The translations under genes and the position numbers were made by a program. Below, piece by piece: positions 13,280 to 26,133 of a stretch of 64,000 nt of DNA. Source of the stretch: Piromyces finnis finn (lineage: Eukaryota; Fungi; Neocallimastigomycota); the NCBI GenBank assembly GCA_002104945.1, contig MCFH01000008.1, positions 620,001-684,000 on the forward strand. Reading direction: 5' to 3'. Every line of letters begins with the position of its first letter. Position 1 is the first letter of the stretch. The notes under the pieces are model-generated. The model had not been told where the DNA came from, did not search any database, and saw only the letters and a list, made by a program, of their open reading frames with translations.

Positions 13280-16200
13280 ATGAATTGTTGTTGTTTATTC
13301 AAGAAAAAAAGTAAAAAAAATATATCGACAGAATATTTAGATTCTGTAAATTCACGTGTAAATGTTCTATCAACAAGTGAACTCAATTGTTCAAAAGATG
13401 AAAATCCAACAGGTAAATAGTAAATAATTATTTATTCAAAGACCAAATATATTTATTAATTAAATAAATCATCATATTATATCAAAAAAAAAAAAAAAAA
13501 AAAGATATTCAAAAGGAAATTCCTGCTATAATTGATATCGCAAGCATTAATGAAAGAGCAACTAAGCAAAAATGGAATGTCTCATCAAAGGTCAGTTTTT
13601 GAGATATATATTATATGTCATGATATTATGATATTTTTATTTAATTTTACTAAGATAGTAACGATTATATTTTATTATTATTATTAAAAATAGTTCGATT
13701 TATTATGCTTAGACAGAATTCTAAGTCCATTAAAGGAATATTCATTAAATGTTGAGTTACCACCAAAAACATTAAGTATAGAAAATGTTTATGGTAAGGC
13801 ATTGGAATTTATAATAAATTAAAATATTTTATGTAATAATAATAACATTATTACATATATTTTAATATTGATGAATATATTTTATTTTCATTTAAAAAGG
13901 GTATCAAGGAATATATGCAAGAAAAAATCTATATTATCCAATGGATTCACCAAGTGCTCAACCTATTATATATTTTTCAGGAAAATTAGGTATTTTGTCT
14001 TATTTTTCACTTAAAATTCAAGTGTTTTATACAGGCCACAATAGACCAATTACATGTATGGCAATTCATCCTGATAGTAAAATATGTGCAACTGGAGAAT
14101 ATGGATCTGGCCCATCAATTCATATATGGAATATTCCATATATTGAAAGAGCTGATAGTAGAGATTATGAAACGAACATTGTAAAACCATTGTTTATATT
14201 AAATTTAGACAAAAGATTTATACAAACAGTTTGTATATCATTTTCAAGATGTGGTAATTGGTTAATTGTTATTGCTTTAAATCAATCTTATATTTCTGAA
14301 GTAAATAAAAAAAAATAATTTTAGTCATTATATAATAATAAAAATAATAATTAATTGATTAAGAGTAATACGCTAATAATATATATTAAAAAATATTATA
14401 CTATAGATTTTATGTTATGATTGGAAAAAAGGAAAAGAAGTTAGCTGTCAACTTTGTCATGATGATAAAGTAAAATCATATATAATGAATAATTATAAAG
14501 ATAAATTATCAACTTATTATTAATGGTATTATTATGTATTTTAAATAATTTTATTAAATTATATTTAGGTATTCAATCTTATTGTAAATCCATTTTCAAG
14601 AAGAGAATTTGTAACTCTTGGAGTAAAACATATTAGATTTTGGTCTATAGACAATTTAATTCATCCTGTAGATAACTCCGAAAAGAATCAAAACCTCACA
14701 GTTGTAATTTTTATTTTTATATAAAAGCATTAAAATATTATTATAAATACTAATTTTAATTACCAAATTTTATTATTATTTAGTCACATATTAGTGGAGC
14801 TTATTTAAAATCAAAAACATTCGCATCAGGGACAATCAAAGGGGATGTTTATTTCTGGAAAAATTGTTTATTGAGTGTCGTTTGTAATAACGTTCATAAA
14901 GTATGCTTTATTTTTTATTTATTCATTATTAATATATAAATTATATATTAATTATTTTAAAATTATTTTAAACATACAAATTATTAAATTAAAAAAAAAA
15001 AACATCACCAATAATAAAACAATAAATTATACATTTAAACATAATATAAAATAATAATGTATCCGATAACAGGGTCCAGTAACTGTAGTATCACCATTAC
15101 CAAATAATAATTTTTTAACAGGTGGTCGTGATGGTAGAATTGTATATTGGAATGAACAACATCAACCCATAAATGAATATACTTTCGATAATAATTCATG
15201 TATTCGTTCTATCGACGCTGGTGGTTTAGAAGGTATATTATGGGGCTGGGGAGATGGTATTGGTAGAAGAGCTAGTAGATCATTTAAAGGACTTAATGGT
15301 GGTTTTAAAAATAGAGCTTCTGTCTGTTCAAATTCATTTTTACAAGAACTTACGAGATCAAATTCATTATTGACTGTTTCTAGTAATACTTATAGTGTAA
15401 ATGTTAATAACATTTCCAATAATCTTGAAATATTGTCAAATGATGAGCCTGTAGATGAACAAAAAATGGCCGATATTTCATATATTGTTGGATGTGAAGA
15501 TTCCAGTATGTATATATTTTCTCAAACAGATAAGGAACCAATAAGATTAACCGAAGTAAATTATAATCTAATATTATTAAAAAAAGTAAAAATGATAATT
15601 TTTCATATTGAATTATATAATATATATAACTTTATTATAAAAAGGGTTCTTATTGTAGTTCTGATGGATATGAATTATGGGGTTTAGATACTCATCCATT
15701 AAATTCAAATATATTTATTACAGCTGGTGATGATGGTTTTATTAAAGTTTATAATTTAGAAAAAAAAGAACTTGTATGTTAATTATTTTAATATTTTTTA
15801 TATTGCTGAATAAATATTAATTAACAATATTATATATAAATAATAATTATAAAATTAATAAAATAGATAAGAAAAAAAAATTATGGTATAAGACTTCGTT
15901 CTATATGTTATAATCCATCTGGAATAAATATAGCTGTAGGAACAAACGATGGAAGTGTAAGTATTACTTATTACTTAAATATTAAATATAATTATAAAAA
16001 ATTATTTAAAAAGTAATAATTTTTTATTAACAAACATATAATATTTGTTATATTTTAATAGTTCTTCATTGTTAATGAAAATCTTGATATTATAATAAGT
16101 GCAATAATCGATAGAAGAGCTACTATTTATGATTTAGCGTATTCGCCAAATGGTAAATACTTAGCAGTAGCTAGTCATGATAATTATATTGATATATATG

Positions 16201-17219
16201 AGGTTGAAAGTGATTTAGGATATTATCAAAGATTTATGAGTTGTAGAGTAAGTTTTAAATTAAATTTTTATAGAAATATTCTATGACTCAAAATAAGTCT
16301 AATTATATATTTATGAATATATAATTATTTTAGGGTCATTCTAGTTATGTCACACATATTGATTGGGATATAAATTCATCAATGATTAGATCAAATAGTG
16401 CAAATAATGAATTATTTTATTGTATGTAGATTCTAAAAACATACTTTAAATAGGCTCATTTCTTTTATTTTATTAATCGATGTTTATTTTTCAATATATA
16501 TAAAGGGTCATTAATAACTGATGCCACGAAAGCAATTGATCCTACTTCATATAGAAAAGTTGATTGGCATTCATCGAAATGCATTCTTCAATGGGAAACA
16601 AAAGGTATATTTGGACCAAAGATAGTAAAGAATACTACAACCCAAGAAGAAATTGAGCATTTTCTTAGTCCATGTACTGTAAGTATTTATAAAAAAAAAA
16701 AACTTAAATATAGTAATATTTGATATAAAATTTCAATTACTTTTACTATAAATAACATTAATTAATATTTTTATAATTATTTTTTTAATTAAAAAAGGTT
16801 TATTGTTGTGATAGAATAAAAATTAACAATGATTTACAATTATTAGCCGTTGGGGATGCTTTTGGTAATATATACATATATAGATTCCCAGCTTTTAGTA
16901 GTGATGTAAATATTTCATTTAATAAATATAAATAATTTAGGCGATAATTAAATTTATAAATTAACAAATATTATTTTTAAAATATATATAAGATGAAATA
17001 TCAAGCTTTTCATGCTCATGGTGGTCCAGTAGCAAATGTCAAATTTGCTGTTAATTTAAAAACATTAATATCTGTTGGTGCAACAGATGGATTAGTTATT
17101 CAAGTATATATATATATAATAATAGTATAATTGATAAATATTAAAATAGATATTAATATAAATAATATACACTAACCCTTTATTTATTTTTATAGTGGAA
17201 TTTGGAAAATATAGATTAA
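13280..17219 (+). CDS. Echinoderm microtubule-associated protein-like (EML; HELP motif + WD40/TAPE domain), multi-exon
   Basis: HELP-like motif PPKTLSIENVY/GYQGIYARKNLYY...QVFYTGHNRPITCMAIHPDSKICATGEYG, followed by WD repeats (LGVKHIRFW, LLAVGDAFGNIYIYRFP, AHGGPVANVKF). The last exon ends WNLENID-TAA at 17219. The N-terminus reads MNCCCLFKKKSKK. Confidence 0.8.
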
Positions 17220-18895
17220 AATTCTCCTTTCTCTCTGTCATATACAAAATAACAAAAACTATTAAAAAAAATTATTCGAAATACAAACAGCAACAATAAA
17301 AGATTTATGTTATATATTCATAAGAATTAAAAATTAAAATATCAACTAATTACCAACTAAATAGAAAACCAACTATATAAATTACTAGATAAATGAATAT
17401 TACAATTAATATTTAACATTTAATTGAATTTACATATTATATTAATTTATTATTTAATATTTTACTTTCTTTAATAATATTTTTTTATAATTTACATTTA
17501 AGTAGTTTATTATAACATATAATAATTAACATATAATATATATATGTATACTATCCAAAATAATGTATAAAATATAATAAAACAACATTAAATATATGTT
17601 CTTATATATATTTTTTGTTAAAATATTTTAATGTATAATATTTATTATCATTCTATAAAATCAGTTAAACAACAATTACTATTGGTTAAAATTATAAATA
17701 AGTACTTTTTTCATTATATTTTCATCAAACTCTTCATACTTATAATACAATATATTTTTTGTAATTAAAACTTTAATTATAATAATTTGTTATAAATTAA
17801 TATTTATATTAATAAATATACAAACGTTTTTCAAATGTATATATATATTTTTAGTTTTTTTATTTTTACGAAAATACGAATTGTAAATAAAAATATATAA
17901 CAGAATACATTTTGTTGTCATTATTATTTCTTAATTGTTTTTAATAAATGTTTTTGAATTTTAAAAAATATAACTTCAAAATTAAATGAAAATAAATAGT
18001 GTAAATAATAAATGCTTAAAATCTTAAAAATTTTAATATAGAAACAAAAAAAGATTTTATGAATTTAAGTTTTAAAGTTTTTTATTAGGGTTTAATTATT
18101 ATAATATAGTAAAATAAATATTCAAAATGATAATATTACTTTTTTTTATATAATTTATTATTTAAAATAAGATATATAGTAAATATAAATTATTCAGAAT
18201 TAATGAAGTAATAATCTTTTGTTTTATTGAATTCATTTTCAAATATTTTTTTTTTTATTATGTATTTTTATATATAATATATAATTTTTTTTAAAAAATT
18301 TTATTAAATTTTTTAATATTCATGTAGATAAATTTTTAAAAACTGAATTTACTTTAATTAATAACATACTTTTTACTTTATATTAAATAATCGCTATTAT
18401 AAACTTTCTTTTTTTAAAAAAAAAATTATTTATTATTATAACACAATTTTTATAATATTTATATTGGTATTCCTTTTATTTAGTTTTTTTTATATTTATT
18501 ATTATTATTATTTTTTTTTTTTTTTTTGAAGAAAACATATAAAAATTATTAGTTATTTATACCATTTAAAATTATTAATTTTAATAACACTAATACCTAA
18601 ATATCTAATACAAATAATAATACATCGAAATAAGGGATAAAAACAATATTTTTTATAAATAATAAAAAAATTTGCAAAACTTGAATTCTTTTATATAAAC
18701 ATATTAATGATATTTCAACTATGGTTTTGATATAAAACATACATCAAAAATTATAATAAATTTTTATAATAGCTTCAAATTAACAATAAAGTTTTATAAA
18801 AAGGAAGAAAAAAAAACAATAATATATTATTAGGATTTTCTTATAATTACCATTTAGTCATTTATTCATATTGTTATTTATAAACAAAACTAAAT

Positions 18896-21800
18896 ATGGA
18901 TCGGTATAAGACATTACAAGTTCTTGGTGATGGTTCATTTGGTGTTGTAGTAAAAGCAGAAAATTTAAAGACGGGAGAAATTGTAAAGACTTTTATTATT
19001 CTATTTTATATATAATAATAACATGATATTATCAACTCCTTATATTATGATAATATTTTTTTATATATTCATTATATCAACTTTCATTAAAAAATATTTT
19101 TATTAAAATAATATTTAAGGTTGCAATAAAACGTATGAAGAAAAAATTTTATTCATGGGAAGAATGCATACAATTAAGGGAAGTTAAGGTAAATATTGAA
19201 AAAGCTAGATACATTTTATTATGAAATACTTATTGAAGAATAATTAAATATCAACTAAGAAATATAAATATAAAACTGTTGTTTACGTGATTTTTAATAT
19301 AGTCACTGAAAAAGTTAAATAATAATCCAAATCTTGTTAAACTAAAAGAAGTAATACGTGAAAATGATGAATTATATTTTGTATTTGAATATATGGATGG
19401 AAATTTATACCAGTTTTTAAAAGAACAGGAAGGAAAATTATTACCAGAATTTGAAGTTAAAAAAATAATGTAAATAAAATATCAATTATAAATAAAGAAA
19501 AATCAATATTATTAATTAGTTGTTTAATAAATAAAAGGTTTCAAGTATTACAAGGTTTAGCACATATGCATAAGCATGGATTTTTCCATAGGGATATGAA
19601 GCCTGGTAAATATCCAAAAACAGCATTGAACAACAATAAAATTTAGATTTAAAAGTAAAACTAATATTTTATTTCATATTTTGAATAATATAGAGAATCT
19701 TCTTACTTCAGGTCCATTTGTAAAAATTGGTGATTTTGGTTTAGCAAGAGAAATTCGTAGTAGACCACCATACACTGAATATGTCAGTACGAGATGGTAA
19801 TAATAAGCGTGATATAAAAAATTTAAAAATATATAATTTTGCTTAAATAAATAAATTTATTAAAATAAAAAAATTATAATTATGAAAAAGGTATCGTGCT
19901 CCTGAAGTTCTTCTTCGTTCGACTTCATATTCGTCACCCATAGATATGTGGGCAATGGGTGCAATAGCGGCAGAGTTATTTACCTTAAGACCTTTATTCC
20001 CAGGGTCATCAGAAATGGATGAGTTATATAGAATATGCTCCGTAATAGGAACTCCAACAGATTCTTATTCTGGTAATCAAGGTTCGGGAGCCAATCAAAG
20101 TTTCGATACCCCATCTGATAATAATAGTGTTATATTAAGTGGTGGTGGTTCATGGCAAGAGGGAATACGATTAGCATCAGCTATGGGTTTTAAATTTCCT
20201 ACTATGGCACCCGTTCCTCTTAATAATTTAATACCAAATGCTTCTGTAGAAGCACTTCAATTAATATTAGACATGCTAAAATGGGATCCAAATTCACGAC
20301 CTACAGCTCAAGAATCACTACAATATCCTTGGTTCAGGGATATATGGTCAAATAGTGTGTTAAAAAATTCATTGCTTGCGGGTACTCTTAATAAAATTGA
20401 AACAACAAAGGAAAATACTGAAAGTAAAAAAAATGAATTAGAAATTGCAAAAACAGAAAATTTAGATAAGAAATTTCAAAAACTTAATAATTTATCTTCA
20501 ACTAGCAACAGTAATTCAAATAATACCTTATCTTCACCCACAGGTTCTTTTGATTTTGATATTGATGATGATGGTAATATAATAAAGAGTAAACATGGTA
20601 ATAAAAAGGACTATATGAATAATAATGAATCGTTATCTAATATAAATAATATGACCTTTTCAAGTCTTTATTCTCTAAATAATCAAAATAATGATGCTAC
20701 AGTTTCAACATTAAATTTTAATCGCAGTATGAGCTATACTAATATTTCACCAAAAACAAATGGAAATGAATTAAGCAGTAGAAGTAGTAGAAAGAGTTTA
20801 TTTAGAAGTGATAGTACTAAAAAAAATGATGATGAAAAGCTCTATTGTGGATCATCTACTAGTGTTATTAATCCATCGGATTCATTATTTAATACTAATA
20901 ATGAAAATTATGGAATAGAATCTACTACATATAAAAAAAAAGCTGAAAGCTCTCATGCATCCAAATCAAACTTTAATAATTATAACCATAGTAATCATAG
21001 TGATATTAGTAATAGTAATAATACTGTAAATGAAACAGAAGATAAAATAGACGATGAATTTAATAACAATACAAAACAAGAAAATGATAATTTATCATAT
21101 CGTAATACAATAAATCATAATTCCAATAATAATATAGCTGGAATAGGTATTAAAAATGTTAAAAGATACAACAGTCCAACAGAAGATAATAAAGGTTTAA
21201 GTTCCAGTTTTGGAAAGCTATCATTATCTGGAAGTATAAATAATGGAAACCATACATCTGAAAGCTTAATAAAAAATAAACTAAAACCAATGAATACTAC
21301 TAATTCTGAAACATCAAATGATCATTCATTAGAATCTAATTCGGATCACTCAAAAACTTCTTTAAATGGATTAAATTTTAATAGTGGCAGTAAATCTGTT
21401 AATTCAAATTCTGGAAATGTAGGAAAAATGAATCAATATTCCTCTAGTATTTATGCTCCTCCTCATTCATTGGTACCAAAGTCTCAAAACAATAGTTGTG
21501 ATAGTGTAAATAATCCAAATTTTTTAAATTATCAATCCTCTTTTAGTTCAAATAATATAAACCAACGTATTGGAACATCAAGTTCTGTAAATAGTTCTCG
21601 TCACTATAATAATAATCATCATGACCAATCTTTAACTTCCTTACCTATTAGTAGTAATAATAGTATAAATGGACACCATCAATCAATTCCATCCAGACCA
21701 TCAAAATATAAACAATTACCCGCTATTGATAATCAGTTAACTAATAAAAATTTTCTAAAGTCACCAGACATATCAATGAATAATATATTCCATGAAAATA

Positions 21801-24800
21801 TAGAACTAAATAAAGGATCTCATAAAAATCAACAGACATCGCCTAATTTAGAGAATACAAATTCTCAATTAAATTCCAGCAATAGTTTAAATATGCTTCA
21901 ACATTCAAACAAACTTAATTCTCTAACATATAATAGTCACAATGTATTTGAATCTGCTTCAAATGGCTCATTTTCAAATTCTAAATCATCTCATCCATCA
22001 TTATTGAAGCCATTACTAACCAATCAATCAAAATCAAATATAATAAATGATGGTATGAATTCACAGCAGTTTCAAAAACCTGTTAAATTAGAATCATTAA
22101 ATTCTTTTGAATTGAATAGTACGAGACGTCCATCAAGAGGTGAAGATTTTACTAAATTGTAATAAAATTTATTCTTTTATATACTATTTATTATTAAATA
22201 TTATATATTATTCTAATTTATTTTATTGCAATATTTATTATGAAGAATTATTAGAAATTGAAATAGTCATTTATATATCGATTTAAATATAATTATTAAT
22301 TATTAGAATTAAATATATTTATCATACTATAATTATATAAAAAAGATATTTTTAATTGGTTATTATAAAGAATGATATTTAATAGGACAGCATAATAGGC
22401 AGGCTATTTTTGTGTTAAAAATGAATTAGTATTAAATAAAATAATTTGATATAAAATTAATGGAAAATTAAAGAAATTATAAAATATTATTTAGTTTATA
22501 TATATATTAGATTAAAAATAGTTTTTTTTGTACGATATTATTAAATTAAAGCTTACATAGATTAAAATGATTTATAGTTTATATTTATATTATTTCATAT
22601 ATTATTTAATATTATCAACTTTTTAAAAAAAATTATAAATTTCATTTTATTATGAATTTTAAAAATTTGTTTTAATTAATTCTTTAATTTTATATCAAAT
22701 ATTAATTTATTTTTTATATATTAATAATATAGATACACCTATCAACATTCCAAATGAATTAGAAAGAAAATTATCCATTATCAAGCCAGTATTATTACCA
22801 AGTAATTCAAAATATAATGGTAGTTCATATGATGTAAATTCTCTTGATCGTAGTAACAGTAGGAATAGTATCACACTTAATACAAAATATCCTGTTCCAT
22901 TAGAACCTATTAATAAAACACCTTCACATTCTTCAATTAATAATGAGTCTTCTTATGTTGATAATTCTTATCTACCAGCAAGCCCAAAATTGCATACCTA
23001 TAGGTCACAGGGAGAAGACATTTTGAAGACTAGAAAAATATGTGTTGTAAATACTCCTAGTAACAACTTAATGAATATAATTGATAGTCACTCAAATAAT
23101 CTATCAATCAACTCCTTGAATCAAAAGGTAGGCAATAATGAAACATCTAGTTTAAGTAATAGCAATAGTAATACTGATAATAAAACAACTAAAAATAATA
23201 AAAAGTCTAAAAATAACAACAAAAATAAAAATATTAAAAGTAAAAATAACAAAAATGGCAATTCTAAAATATCTAAAACTACTACATATACAGCAAAGAA
23301 AAAGAAGTCACTACATCCAAAACAGACCGAGACTGGAGACACTACCAAAAAGTTATCATCATCTACTCTTTTAAAGCAGGAAAATAAAGCGTCTGAAAAA
23401 GAATCACCTTTTATTCAAAAAGAAGAAATTAAAACATTAAATATTTCCACAAAAAATGAGGAACCCATGATAGTAAAAACTCCTCAAGGAAATACCAATA
23501 TTAATAATCATAGTAATAATAATATAATTTTAAATGAAAATAATAATATTAATATAATTAATAAAACTAAAAGTATTGATACATTTGATAATAATGGCAA
23601 TAGTAATATTAAGAATAATGATAAAGATAAGAATAAGAATAATAGTAATATCACTACTTTAAAGAGTAATAGTAAAGAAAAGAATAATAAAAAACCAGAT
23701 AACATTGACAAGAAAAATAATACAAGTAATATTACAGAAAACTGTAATTCTATAACCAAAAAGAAAAAAGCACAAACAACTATTGGAAAAGGTAAAACAA
23801 CAACTAAATCAACAATCACTTCTTCAACAAAAAAAGATTCAAATAAAAAGGTTAATACTAATGGAAGTAATACCAAAAAACCTGAAAAACTTGATACATC
23901 AAAACAGGTAATAGATGTCAATGAAAATAAAATACAAAACATAGTACAAAATGATATGATTAGTAGTACATCAAATAAGTCATTAATAAATAATAGTGAA
24001 ATTAAAGAAAGTATAACAGTGGAAAATCAAACCATTAAAAATGACACTAATGAAAATTCATTACAATTAAATAATAAAAAACAAATCTCATTAACTAACA
24101 GTATATCTGAAAAGAAAACTATTCAATTCAATGTTGTTATTAATGATTCAATTAATATCACTTCAGAACCAACAACATCAACTACAACTAATATTAATAT
24201 TACTAGTAATAATAAAGATAATGATAATAAAAATTCCAATGCAGTAAAATCAAAGGATAATGAGAATTCGATCAATCTAAATCATATTAATACTACCGGA
24301 AAAGAAACCATTTCAACTATAACATCTCCACCACTCAAAAATACAAATAATAGAACTAAAAAACTTAAAAACACTTCAAATGTAGCTAATAATATTGGCT
24401 CTGAAGATAAATTAAAGGAGCGCAAAGATCAATCAAATAAAAAATCAAATATTGAACAAAGTAATTCAAATATACCTTCCAAGAAAAAAGAGAATGGGAA
24501 TTCTACTGATAACAAAAAATTGGAAGAACCAACAAGTAATAACAATAAATTACCTATACTATCAAATACCTCATCTAAGGCATCTACTTACTTGAAACCA
24601 AAAGCATCTCAATTGAACCCTCTGAATCAAACATCAATTCCTCCAACATCATCTATTTCACAACAATCAATACGCAATCAGAATATTCTTTCTACTGTAG
24701 ATTTTGGTACTAATTTCAATGACAATGTGAAACAGTCAATTTATAATCATGACCCAAAAGGAATATATCAAGGAACAAATAATCTTTTCAGTGATAGTGG

Positions 24801-25491
24801 TGGGAAATCTCACACTTCAGGACTTCTGGATACTGCAAAAAATTGTCAATCTACAATTAATAAAATTAAATTACCTACTATGTCTGAAAATAATACTCAT
24901 CCTCAAAAATTAACTTCTACTCCCGCTCCTAAAACATCTGCAATTTCTGGAAATGTTAATTTAAATGATATGTTTCCAATGCCTAATACTAAATTAACAC
25001 CTTTGTCATCTATTAATGCAAACAATAAAATAAACTATTTAATGGAAAAAGAAAATCAACAATATCAAGGTAATATTTTGATTCCTATTTTTTTTTTTTT
25101 TTTTTTACAAATTTTTAATTAAAATAGAAATTTAAATAAGAAAATAATAAATAATATTTCATTTTTTCAAAACAATATATATGTAGAATCATCAAGTATC
25201 ATAAATAATTTCCCTCAAAGTCGACCTATCCATACTGTACTAAAGCCTATTCAATTAACTGGTAATCTACCTTTTGGTAATGAACAAACAATAGAAAATA
25301 TAGGTATTAAAAATAAGTATACACCATTAGATAATATACCCTCCAAACCTGCTGTACAAATATTACAACCTCTTAAATCTCATAATCAAATTAAGCCAGA
25401 TTTTGGTAATCAATCATTAAATCCTTTACCAAAAATCCCTAACAATAAACATGATTTACCCTTCCCTGCAATAAGAAAATCAAAAAAATAA
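18896..25491 (+). CDS. MAK/ICK/Ime2-family (RCK) Ser/Thr kinase with very long Asn/Ser-rich tail, roughly 1,800 aa, ~8 exons
   Basis: [16 protein letters not shown]...[23 protein letters not shown]...[30 protein letters not shown] (TEY activation loop). Downstream ORFs 19946-22162 and 22990-25122 join in frame via a phase-1 intron 22140-22732. The last exon is 25187-25491. The kinase call is secure; joining of the distal exons is less so. Confidence 0.85.
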
Positions 25492-26133
25492 CTATTAATA
25501 TATCAAAATCAGTTTTCATACATTATTAAAAATATACCAATGTAATATAGAGATATATTTTATAAATCTGAATAAATCTATAAAAGTTTTATTTTTCTTC
25601 TTCAGTATTAATTTACATAAAACTATAACATTCATAATGTTATTATACCATTAAAATTGCATAGAAAACCATCATTTTAACATACTACATATACATAAAC
25701 TTCAACTCTAAATTAATGATTTGTCATAAATATTTCCGAAATTACGGATATTACTATTTGTAAATTATATAAATTATAAATTAAAAAATTTATAAAAAAA
25801 TAAAATAAAGTAATAATGAAAAAAAAAAAAAAGAAAGAAATATTTAATAAATTTGAAAGAAATGAAAAAAAATATATATATATATATATAAATTTAAAAA
25901 AAAGTATAAATTACTTTATTTTTTTTTTTTTTTTCAATTTATATGAATTATTTGTTGTATAGTAGTCAAATTAAATTTAAATTTAAAAAAACCATTTATT
26001 ATCAAAATTAAAAGTTTTTTATTTGCTTGCATATTTGTATATTAAACACATGTTTATATTATTTTAAAAGTCATATAATAAATAAGATATTGTATATGAA
26101 GAATTATAAGAAATTAAAGTAAATGATATTAGT

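Noticed and set aside
25725-25740. TCCG-N6-CGGA inverted motif resembling a Zn2Cys6 site
   Set aside because: It is a single short occurrence between two convergent 3' ends, with no supporting context.
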